59,702 nucleotides of DNA from Perkinsus chesapeaki ATCC PRA-425 (Eukaryota > Protista > Perkinsozoa): contig JAAPAO010000160.1 in assembly GCA_013115145.1 (NCBI GenBank), positions 1 through 59,702 of the forward strand, written 5' to 3'. Both the position numbers and the translations under genes were made by a program. Positions 35,594-48,196 of the stretch are shown piece by piece. Every line of letters starts with the position of its first letter. The first letter of the stretch is position 1. The notes under the pieces were generated by a model that saw nothing but the letters and a program-made list of their open reading frames with translations, did no database searches and was not told the origin of the DNA.

Positions 35594-37048
35594 TTGCGAT
35601 GAGTAAACAACAGACTGCTGGGCGCTGACGCACGCGTGCCCGAGGTGACTCACAACCTCGTGACACCAACGTAGTGGCGCCCGTAGGCGAACGGACCGAC
35701 GACCGGGCGGTCAAGTTACGTTTGGGCAATGCTCATCGGCCAGTACCGCCCCATCCAGCAGAGGGTGACTCTATGAGGGTCCCAAAAGAAATACAGCGAC
35801 GTTTCCAAAACGGGTTCGTCTCGGGGTTTTCCTAGCTCTAGCAGCTCGGGAAGCCATAGACCACCCGGAAGAGGGGCGTTGGAAATTTGGAAATCATTGT
35901 TTATTTTCACTCCCGTTTTGCATGGTAGTGGGTACTGTCTAAGGAGATTGTTGTGAGAAATTTCGGCCCGATCCCGAGATAACCCGCGGGCCGTTCACAG
36001 CAAGCGCTGAGAGCTTATTGTGCTGCGCCAGGGCTACGGGGCACGCGCCACAGCATTATCTTACACTACATGCTGCAGCACGCAACAAAGCTCTGTCGGC
36101 AGCTGCTCAGCTGCATTGCGCCAATGGTTTATACTGAGTGAGCTCATTAGCCTTAACACTATATGGCAATCAGTGTAGGTACGATGCATCCTGGAGTTTC
36201 AATCTTCCTGGTTGTGCGATTTTTGTTCGCGAGTGTGCGTCTGCGTGCAGATGTACCCAGCAGATGTCTGTTACAGAGAGGGTTAAGAGTCTTAACCCTT
36301 TCTGTCGGATTTAACATGGTGGAGAACCCATCGGCCGCCGATCTGCAAGCAGATGTAAGCATACACAAATACCATAGATTAAGGATCATCTTAATCCTTT
36401 CCGTTGGGTTTAACAGCGAGACGGGTTAACCCTGTTTTCCCCTCAAGGCATGACTGGCTAGAGCACATACGCCTGAAGCTTCTTCTTACAGTTTCGAAAA
36501 CTGGATTTGGTGCTTAGTCAAGTCTGTTTCCCAGGGTACCCTCCTCATTGGCTGGTCTAGTCCGGATAGGGGACCCATGAAGTCGGGAATCCCGACTCGG
36601 GATGTCCGGACTCGCTGCTGACTAGCACCAACACTCGCCAGTTGCACTGTGGTATGTTTTTCCACTGATTTCTGACCCGTGGTCAGCTAGGAAAATGGAG
36701 CTTGAAAAGCCGTGACAGATAATATCCCTGTTGCAAGGCTAAATTATGCAAGCTAAACCTATAAACTTCAACCCATACAGCTCAACAAAGTGAGCTCAAG
36801 AGTACTCCACCGCCTTTACCACACCTACCAATAACCCTGCCCTCCGAGACTATACTGACTAACACAACAATTCTGAAATAATGCCTGGTTTCTATGAACC
36901 TAGAGTATATGCTTATGTAGAATAGCAGCAACGCCCTTTCCATCTGTTTAATGGTGAAATAATATTGTTGGGGCTTACTAGGTCATCGACACTGTGATTG
37001 CCATCGCAACCAACAGCAGTCAGACAACAGCTTAATAAACTACAGAAC

Positions 37049-38686
<1,638 letters not shown>

Positions 38687-39119
38687 CTAAAAAAGTCACA
38701 ATAACAACCTTAACCACAGCTTGCAGGACAGAACGATAAATGAGATGCTGAAGATACAAAACAAATTGAACACTACAGCCGAGCTAGCAACAGTCGGATG
38801 ATTCAACGCACGCTAGAGACCACAGCCGAGAACAGCACAAACGCTTGATCAGAGCAAAGGACGATAACTCTTGGCGGGGATTAACTCGGTGACACAAGGG
38901 AATAGCATTAGACATAGACTTAGATAGAACGGCATCGACGCAGGCACCGATGCAACACGAGCAGTATCTTTCACCTTAGCTTCAACATGTGACCCTTCAG
39001 TCTCATCTTGCGCACGCGTGCAAATCGCCAACTCCCGTGTGAATCTCGCTCGCCCGAGTGATCGATGCCGTAGGCGAACGCTATCTGAAGAGCCTTTATC
39101 CAGGAGTCCATCAGTCAAC

Positions 39120-39660
39120 ATGGTAATATGGGATAATCAAGCGGTCGATTCCCTTTGGTTTTCGTTTGTTGACCTTCCTGGTTCTTATCTACCAGCTGGT
39201 GGTGTCTCGCACTGTGAAGGATTCCTGGCTTGGTCGTATTCGGTGTTAATGTGGTTGATATTGTGTGTTGTTTCAGACCAAGGGTACCACCTCGTTCGGA
39301 CGTCGCTTGACGAAGTCTCACGGCCTCTGCATCCGATGCGGCAAGAGATCGTAATAACGGGAATCGAATCGCTTGTTTCGCAACCTATTTTACGAGTTGC
39401 TAGCTTCAACCTTGGATTCGGCAATGACGCATCTTTTTTTGTTCTTTTTCAGCTTCCACACCCAGCAGAAGCACTGCGCTTCTTGCGGTTTCCCCAACAG
39501 GAAGATGCGTAGCTTCAACTGGTCCATCAAGGCCAAGCGTCGCCGCACCACCGGTTCCGGTCGCTGCCGTCATCTCAAGCTCGTCGATCGCAGAGCTAAG
39601 AACGGCTTCAAGGAGGGCACCGTCGTCAAGAAGGCTGGCTCTGCCGCTGCTTCCAGCTAA
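39120..39660 (+). CDS. RPL37: 60S ribosomal protein L37, 3 exons
   Basis: M|[25 protein letters not shown]|[37 protein letters not shown]. Confidence 0.95.
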
Positions 39661-39867
39661 ATTGGAAATGGTGGAAATGATGATGAACTAGTATTAGTCT
39701 GATTCGTTAGGCTATGGTTCAGCAACATAACAACAGCTAAGGTCTGGATGACTGTTCCTGGTACTTCTAAAGGAGGCAACACATTGTTGAGTTGTCTCAT
39801 ATCTTCTAATAGGGAAGGGTGAATTACGGGAATAATAAATAAGTTGTTAAATAGTATCAACAGTCTA

Positions 39868-40470
39868 ATGGTGGCTGCTGCAGCTGAGTCTAGTAAGACG
39901 TCTAAGAAAACTGCCGTCACCAAGAAGACCGCGGCCAACGTCGAGAAGAAGAGCAGCAAAAACAAGAAGCTGACGGGATCTTGGGCGAGACGGAGAGGAG
40001 TGGTCCGTCTTGGAAGGCTCCCGACTGGCTTTTACGAGCCGGAGATTCGCAAGTTCCTGTCGCAGTTTGGCACCATTACGCGCCTTCGTTTGGCGAGGTC
40101 TAAGAGGAGCACGCGCTCGAAGGGATACGCCTTCGTTGAGTTCAAATCGCACGATGTTGCTGAAGTGGTGGCGAAGGATATGGATAAGTATTTTATCATG
40201 CAGAAGCCTATCAGTGCCAAGCTGCTGGAGCCGAGCCAGGTCCATGAGGCTCTCTGGGACGGCTGCACTAAGAGCGGGAAGGGACGTGGAATCATCAATA
40301 TGAAACGCATTCATGTTAAGGATAATAAAGAGAAGAATAACAGTCGTCCTATTGATGAGGCCACTGGGCTCCCTCTTCTTAGTGAGGCGGCTAAGTCCCG
40401 GAAAGAAGCCAAGAGGGACGCTGTGAAGAGTGCGTTGGAGGCAGCTGGGGTGGAATATAAGCTGCCGTGA
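39868..40470 (+). CDS. Nucleolar RRM protein, NIFK/Nop15-like (intronless)
   Basis: GVVRLGRLPTGFYEPEIRKFLSQFGTITRLRLARSKRSTRSKGYAFVEF...KDMDKYFIM. Confidence 0.85.
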   Translation: MVAAAAESSKTSKKTAVTKKTAANVEKKSSKNKKLTGSWARRRGVVRLGRLPTGFYEPEIRKFLSQFGTITRLRLARSKRSTRSKGYAFVEFKSHDVAEVVAKDMDKYFIMQKPISAKLLEPSQVHEALWDGCTKSGKGRGIINMKRIHVKDNKEKNNSRPIDEATGLPLLSEAAKSRKEAKRDAVKSALEAAGVEYKLP

Positions 40471-40845
40471 TGAGGTGATAGCAGTTGATCATCATCATTG
40501 ACGTCTTTACCATAATAGACCTTACTTGTACGTAGTATCCATTATTATAGGGATTTGGGTTAGGAAGTGGAAGGGGAGCTCAACAAGGGCTCAGTTAAGT
40601 GGCATGTCGTGATACAACCAAGTGGTGCAAAAACCGACACCAATCTTCCTCATTTTCGTTAGCCAACGACAAGTCTACGTTCCACTGGTGGAAAGTGAGA
40701 CCGCCGGATACCTCCCCTCACTGTATAACAATACCGCTCTTTATTATATAACAATACCTCGGTTTACTATACGTTATTGCAATGCTTCTTTGAAGGGAGT
40801 TCCTTCACCATCTAATAGTAGCTCTATTCACTGTATACTAAAGCA

Positions 40846-43800
40846 ATGGCAGCCCACCCTACAGGAGACACTGCAGAAGTTAGGAACGTGGACAGCAGCT
40901 CAGCGGACTCAGCAGCGTTGCCGGACACTACGGCTGAGATAGGCAAGGAGCACATGGTCGAAGGCCAACAGCAGTAAGGGGGCAGTTGCACAATCCTAGG
41001 GGAATGCTGGTACAGGTACGACATCTGCACCACGGAGGCGCAGACGAAACATATGAAGGCCAAGGATTTGTATACAGAGGAGTGGACGGAGTAGGCGGGG
41101 GGCTTGGAGGTGACCTAAAAAGTATCTTCGGTGCAGATATCAGCAGAGGGTTAAGGAGGATACCGATTGGCCTAAGGTGGAGGAGTTTGTGAAGGAGTTG
41201 TTGGACTGCGACTTGTCCACTGAACAATCCTATAAGGCTGCGTAATAAGGAGGGGAGGATCAAATGCAGGAGAAAGATTATTGACCTTTTTTGCTCCTTG
41301 AACTGTGAGAAGCTGTAAATCCTTATGATCCCCATGAGTTAATAAAGCATATTTATTTTTCTGACTGGGAACGCTTTTTCTCGTAAGTTGCTGATCCACG
41401 GGAAGCTCTCGGAGGCACAGGTTTCCGCCAGGGTAGCTGAATATGGCATAGGGAGGGTTCGAACTTGCGCCGATCTGCGTGGGAGTCTTCCGGATTGCCT
41501 ATCTGAGGTTAATCTGCTGCTCAGATATCGAGGGACGCTGCGGAAGGCTAAACTTGTGCCCAGCAAGGCTCAGTTGCAGGCGGCATACACCACTCTTGTC
41601 ACTCGTGGAGACGTCCAAAGGAACGAGCATTTCGAACGTACCGATCCGTAAAACTCAACCGTCATCGGACAAGATGCTCAGGTATCTTCCTGAAGAAGTC
41701 CATACGGTCCAACTCTGGCGTCGTTGTCATCACCATCGTTACTGCACCGGGCCCCTTCTCATGCCCGAATGATTGCTACTACTGCCCGAACGAACCTGGG
41801 CAGCCGAGGTCGGAGCACGAAAGATTCCCGGAAGGTTGATAGCAGGCTGTCTGCAGGTCGTATCTTTCCACGGAGCCTGCAGTGGCTCGGGCTAATCAGA
41901 ACAAGTTCGATCCTGTATTGCAGTTTTGGGATCGGGCCACCACTCTAGCGAGGCAGGGGCATACTGTAGACAAGGTAAACCAGGAGGTCCCGGGTTCGAA
42001 GCTCGGTGAGAGTATCTTCAATCTCGCAGGTTGAGATCATCGTGTTGGGTGGTACGTGGTCCTTCTATCCGCATGAGTATCAAGAGCAGTTCTGCCGAGA
42101 CCTCTTCTACGCCGCCAACGTCTTTAATGAGGTGGCAATAGCCAAGAACAGGAAACTCAGTAAGAGTATTCGCGGGCTCTTTGCGTTTGTCACTGTGAGC
42201 GCTCGGGAACAGAGTATTTGCGGGCTCTTTGGAAGTTGTGTATGTACTAGACTACTGTGACGTTAGGTGGAGGTACTCCAGCATTCTCCGGACTGCTATT
42301 GTAGACTTCCTGAGTCCATGTACAGAGTAATTGCTTGATTGTTTGTTGAAGGTTCTTAAACTTGTTTGTGACTGGAGAGCGTTCTGCTGCTCGTCGATCC
42401 GTACTGGTCCTCTGGAATGTTTCATGGCCCCGTGAACTTCGCATAGACTAATCCATCGTTTATTCTACCCACACTTACTAGGAGATTGTCAGTCCACATG
42501 GACAAATCAGATCGGTAGCACTCTCACTATGTAGAACAGAAGACGCATAAATCTACTCAAGATTCTACTCGGTGCCCGATCATACGGTCCACCCAGATGC
42601 CCGAATGGTGAATTGTGTCAGATGTCTCCTCATTGGAAGCCCACAGCATGCCCTCCTTGAACAGCCTTTACCGCGGTAAGCTATCATTAGAGGAAGAGCA
42701 AGTCAGGAATGAAGTTGCCGATTGCAAGATCATTGGTACTAAGGGATCATCGGGAGCGGGATAAGATGTCTGGCGGCGGACAGCATGGACAGGTGCAATA
42801 GGTATGGCAATACCGCAGAGAGGGCACCGTAGTGGAGATATTTCATAAGGGCTACTCCGGTTCAGCGCTAGGGTATCTGCCGCGATTGGCGTGCATTTGT
42901 AGACGTCTAAAAATATAGCCTGAGTTGTGCGCGGGATTATTCCGCAAAGTATGAACCATCCTCATCTATGCATTTCCTTCTGTTTTAAGCTTTTCAACAG
43001 AGTTTTAGAATTTGAGAATTTTTGGATCGAAATTTTCTTCTTTTCAGGTCTGACCTTGGAGACTCGTCCCGATTATATTAATCCAACAGAGCTCAGACGG
43101 CTGAGAACTCTGGGATGCACACGGGTGCAGATCGGTGTGCAGCACACTGATAACCAAATCCTTAAGACTATCAATAGGTGGGAGCATGCTTCAACCTTGG
43201 ATATCTATAGCTGTTGCAGGGGACACACTGTGGAAGATTCGATCAAGGCGGTGAAGCTGCTGAAGGAGAGCTGCTTTAAGGTCGACATCCATCTCATGCC
43301 GGACCTGCCTACGTCGGACCCGGAGAAGGATCGAGAGATGTTCCAGTTCGTGTTGGAGACGCCCTATCTGCAAGCTGACCATTGGAAGATCTATCCATGT
43401 GAGGTGACGCCGTTTAGTACTATAGAGAAGTGGTATAGTGAAGGAACTTATATGCCTTATACAGAGGTAAGTCTCGGTGTGACTGGAGGCTGGGAAGTGC
43501 CTTTGTGATGTAGAAAGACCCGAAGCTTTTGGTGGACCTGCTGGTGTGGACCAAGGCCAGAGTGCATCCTTGGATACGGTAAGGCGGCTCCCCGCTTGCA
43601 TTACTCCGGTTGCCGTGGAAGAATGACTCCCACGGCCCATGAATCGGCCCTCTAGACTGATATAGACGGGCGGAACCTGTCCCAGTATGAACAGACTGGA
43701 ACGGATCCTGTGCTTTGGCACTGGCTGGCCACACAGAAGATATCGAGACCGTCGTCATAGTTAAAGTACTCAGTGCTTGAATCGCTGAAGTCGATCTGGA

Positions 43801-46087
43801 ATCTTCCCCGAAAGTTCCATTCCTAAATAACTTCCTTACGCGCGTGCTCTTGCACTTGAACCATTTGACCAGTCTCGCCGCCACCGCCGCCGTTTCAGGT
43901 TAAACAGAGTTATTCGAGATATTCCTGAAGTTTCTATTATTGCTGGTAATCAGAATACTAACCTACGTCAAATGGTATTCAAGGAGCTGGCTAAGCAAGG
44001 CAAATACTGCAGGTGGGAGGAGGGGCAAATATCTCACCTGGCTTGGAAAGAGGACTGTGTAAAATTCTAACTGTGCTCCTGAGAAGCACCTTGGGCAATG
44101 GGGGTAGCTGGAGCCACTGAAGATTTTCCGATCGGAATTTGTCGAAACTTTCCTTCTCTATGGTTGCTCTCCTTAATGGAGCTTAGTCATTCCGGAGCTG
44201 GGAAAGGGCGTCTTTGTTCCTCATCACGATGATCCAGGATTCTGGCAGTTTTCGGAAAAGGAAGAAAATATGCTTTCTACACGGCACCTTTGTGTGTTTC
44301 CATACGATGGTCATCGAGCTCCATTCACTTCAGATGCATCCGTTGTCGAGAGGTCCGAGACTGGCCGGAAGATGAGTCTTTACTACAGCTGGTGAAGCGC
44401 TGGTAAGAACTTAGCAAACTTCCTCAACTTTAATCATACTGCTGCCATTCATCTACATCATGCGCTCAGTCTTGTCCATTTATAAAACTGCTGCTTTGGG
44501 TCCTATTGGGTCGTTTCAGGTATCGTAGTAGTGATGGTGATGAATGCTTTCTCAGCTTTGAGGGCAGCATAGACAGAGGAGTGTACTAGTATTACTGCTT
44601 TATGATGAGATAATATCCTCTGTCGTCCTCAGAGGTGGCGGAGCTACAGAGCGAGGTATGAAGAAACGGCAGAAGAAGCAAGAAAAAAAGAGCAAAAAGC
44701 AGCGCAGGAAAGATGCCGCCCAGGAGACCACCAGCAGTTCCGCGAGCTCGGCCATCATGGGCGCCGGAGTGTTCGTTGTGAATAAGCTCAGCGCTGGTGC
44801 TGAAAAATGCGGTATGCCGCGGCCGGGGTTCGAACCTGCGTGGTATGTTTGCTGCTCGTAGTTGCTGTGCAGCAGGCTGCTTGGAAGTCGGCACGAGCGT
44901 GGGTGTTGGGACGCTCGGTTTATGAGAGTCAGCCGAAGGACAATGCTCCTCTCTATGGATTGCTGCGTCTGCGATTCAACGACAATGGCCTTGAGCAAAA
45001 GCACAAGTGACGTGAATGGTGCTGCCACTGTGGGTTTGATCGTCGTGTCCTGTAGGGTGTTCGCAGAGCTCAGCGGGTGCGCCCTCATCAGAGAGCTGCA
45101 TGTTTATGGTACTGTACAGGCTGCTAGACAGCACAAAAGCAACCGGGCGATGAGCCAGGTAGGCAAGGGCAGCAGATTCACGAGAAGCCACTTGACTCGG
45201 TCACGACAGCGTTTGACCCGGCGTGAAACTGAGTGCATGGAATGAACGAGGAAGATGCTTCCACCAGAGAGCTCGCAATATTTCAGATATCTAATGCTAC
45301 ATCACTGCAGTCCTCTGGTCACGTGTCATCGGCTGCAGGAGGCACCGATGTGGCTCCGGTTCAACACACTGGTAGGTCTGGCAACACATGAAGTTGTTCA
45401 ATATTCTGGCCAGGGCTCGGCCGCCGGTTGCTGGCCGAGGCTGAGCGTATGGCGGTGGAGCGGGGCTACTCTAAGATAGCTGTCATCTCCGGTGTTGGTG
45501 TTCGGAACTACTACAGGAAATTCGGGTAAGGGGAGTTGGGCATGCTCACGTGGTCGGTGGCTATTATTATTCCACCGTAGTGATTAGTGCTGACCTTGTT
45601 ATATTGCTTGATCTATCTGTACAGTACGTATCATCAATAATAAGGTTCACCATGCATCATTATACAGTTCAATGTCCACCACGAGTCTTGTAACCATATT
45701 CATTACGGACTATTCGCCTCTGCTCACCTGCCTGGGGGATTTTCGCAAAATTTTGCTCGTCAAGTAGCGTATTTATTTCGACGCTCTGGTGTGGGGGTTG
45801 CACAGCTGTTGGTGGGTAATGTCTCTCTCCTTTGCACACTATTATATGCCTCAGATACGAGATGCCCAGCGAGGGTGTCGGTCACTTCCTGATCAAGGAC
45901 CTCAGTGCAGAGCTGAAGGAGCACGAGGCAGCGGTTCGCCAGTTAAAACGAAGACAAATCCTCCTTGAGACTACCGCAATGGTTGGGGTGAGCTGCCGCC
46001 TGCATTAACGCTGAGTATGTCTATGTGTGTCAGCTCGCTGCTGTCTGCGGTGCCGGCATTGCCTATTTATCTGGCCGCAAACTTTAA
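40846..46087 (+). CDS. ELP3: Elongator subunit 3 (radical SAM + KAT), apicomplexan-like, multi-exon
   Basis: [101 protein letters not shown]; hydrophobic C-terminal tail. Confidence 0.93.
41975..42029 (+). pseudogene. tRNA 3' half (anticodon to discriminator) forming an ELP3 intron
   Basis: GTAAA-CCAGG-AGGTC-CCGGG-TTCGAAG-CTCGG-TGAGAGT-A; T stem fully paired; exons join as HTVDK|VEII. Confidence 0.7.
44812..44861 (-). pseudogene. Antisense tRNA 3'-end relic in an ELP3 intron
   Basis: Reverse complement: ACGCAGGTTCGAACCCCGGCCGCGGCA. Confidence 0.55.
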
Positions 46088-46345
46088 AGCTGATGATGAA
46101 AAGTTTCTAGATAGGTTTCACCTCCCATCCGGGTTGTTGTTGTCGCTGCTGCTGCGGTTGCTGGCCTGGTGGCTACTGTATGTATTTGTACAACGTCCCA
46201 ATATTAAACCGATGTACCTAAGACCACTGTTCTCGGATTCAGCAAAGGCTTGCGTTTGTTAGTGCGTCACGTTCAGAGCACAAAATCTTCTTTTAACACG
46301 TTCAGTATTGATGTGTGGTTAGTTCAAGTTGATTTCAGCCTAACT

Positions 46346-47287
46346 ATGCCACCGACAGCACCGGAGTCTGTCGGTCCTGCGGTTCACGTCGCAGCAGCCC
46401 CTCCTTCCGCAGGGAGCAAAGCTGCTGCCAAACCCGTGTACGGATTTATGGGATTCTCGGAATGGCTACTGATAACGTTGCTGACCAAAAGGGGCACTAA
46501 GAGCAAAAAGCTGGGCGGTATGGAGCCACAGCAGATTCAAGACCTTCTGGCTTCATCGGTGCCGATAACGCTTCTGGTCGGAGGAGTAGAATTGGTATTC
46601 TTCCATGTGTTCTTAAGACTCTTTACTCGCCCAGTGTGGATGAAGCTCTTGGTTATTGGCGTAATAGCGATCCAGCAGCATCGCCAGGCTCAACCAGGCT
46701 ACAATGCAGTACCGTGGGCAGTGCCCAGCTCAGCTGCCTCACATAGGGCATCCCCAGTGCTAGTATTGCCGCTGTTAGCTAGTCTAGCCGCGACCGCTTG
46801 GCGCATTCCCGACTGGAGCGCTGTCAGGTGGCCGATGGTCTTCGAGGTCGGCTTGGTAATTCCAGTCTTCGAGGAGGTCATCTATCGTCTACTCATTCTC
46901 AAAGGTGTTCTACTGCAGCGACTTGGCTCCTTGTCTCTCACCAGCGCCCCAGTGTCCATGTGCCTCGCTGCAGGCATCGAGTCAGGCCTGTTCGCCTCGG
47001 CTCACGCCGGTGCTGGAGAAGAGGCTTGGCTGGTGAGCTTCGTGGCTGGTGTTGGACTGAGCTTGAGATACGCCGCCACCGACAGCCTCACTGAAGTGTG
47101 CCTTATTCACATGTTACATAACTTACACTATTGCTTCGACCTCCAGCTTAAGGATACGTCTTCTTCGTGGTGGGGTCACATAGCGCCCTTACTCCTGTAT
47201 GGCGGCATAGCCCTTCACTCACTCTTGCAAATAACGATGTCGAATCTTAACAGGCCTCAGCGAGCGGAAGCTGAACACGGAAGCTAG
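46346..47287 (+). CDS. Type II CAAX / CPBP (Abi) intramembrane glutamic protease, intronless
   Basis: Motifs FEEVIYR, FASAH and HMLHN among multiple TM segments. Confidence 0.85.
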   Translation: MPPTAPESVGPAVHVAAAPPSAGSKAAAKPVYGFMGFSEWLLITLLTKRGTKSKKLGGMEPQQIQDLLASSVPITLLVGGVELVFFHVFLRLFTRPVWMKLLVIGVIAIQQHRQAQPGYNAVPWAVPSSAASHRASPVLVLPLLASLAATAWRIPDWSAVRWPMVFEVGLVIPVFEEVIYRLLILKGVLLQRLGSLSLTSAPVSMCLAAGIESGLFASAHAGAGEEAWLVSFVAGVGLSLRYAATDSLTEVCLIHMLHNLHYCFDLQLKDTSSSWWGHIAPLLLYGGIALHSLLQITMSNLNRPQRAEAEHGS

Positions 47288-47426
47288 ACGAGGGCAAAAA
47301 GCTTATAAATAACCGTCGATTTCGTTCCTGTGGCTCTCCTTGGGATTCCTATATATTTGACTTAATTGCCTTATAGGAGTTTGGTTATGATTGTGGTTCA
47401 TCTCGGGAATCAGTTTCTTTTTGGCG

Positions 47427-48166
47427 ATGCGCTCGGCTGCGTCTTCATCGAAGACCACGCCTCGAGGGCCAGTGCGGAGCTCCGCGGCTCATAATAACGA
47501 TACAGACGCCACAGATTCTGCGACTTCCCTTCCTAGAATTCGGCAGAGTGCCCCGGAGCTCGGAGGCCAGCAACAGCCGACACTGGTTGTGCAACAGGCC
47601 ACGCAGAACGCTGCTCAGGCGTACGCCAACGCCACCGGTTTGAGGATGCTCTGCATGCTCTATCTAACCTTCGATGTGAGTTCGATGGCAGCTCTTGCAC
47701 TGTAATGTATCTTAGCTCGACTTGGGGTATATGATATCCTGCTCATCACCAGATGATCCTCAGCTGCCAGTCTTCCAACCCAGAGCCTTCCATGGTGAGT
47801 TCTCTAAAGAATAAAGAAACGTTAACTGTTACCCGTCAGTGCAAGGACAGGCTCCGGTGGCCACTCCACAGCAGATGACCGCCACTGGCGTGCTCGATCT
47901 CCACGCCAAGGTGAAGGAGTGCGGTTATCACTTCCTACCCGGTTAGGAATCCTCTCGCACGCCTGCTCAGTGCTTTGTCAGATCGGGACTGCTGCTGGCG
48001 AGTCGTCTGTGTGAGCCTTTCGGAGGGTCTGGCTATGATGGGTGTTCCCGTCTACCTGGAGGACTCCAAATATGAACGGTGCGCTGCTGCTTACTTGGTA
48101 TTCTACGCAATTAGCTTCACCGTTCAGGTCCTCCTTGGTTTTCTGTGTGGCTTTCATCGTTCCTGA
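47427..48166 (+). CDS. Hypothetical small membrane protein, multi-exon
   Basis: Exon fragments with short GT-AG introns; hydrophobic last exon AAYLVFYAISFTVQVLLGFLCG. Confidence 0.4.
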
Positions 48167-48196
48167 CACCAACTCGGACACGGACGAAACTCCACC

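Noticed and set aside
39351-39372. Weak T-loop-like strings at the RPL37 intron start (also about 49651 and 57755)
   Set aside because: Too degenerate to separate from chance by eye; left for the statistical test.
44530-44560. TGATGA...CTCAG as a C/D-box snoRNA
   Set aside because: It is ELP3 coding sequence ([15 protein letters not shown]).
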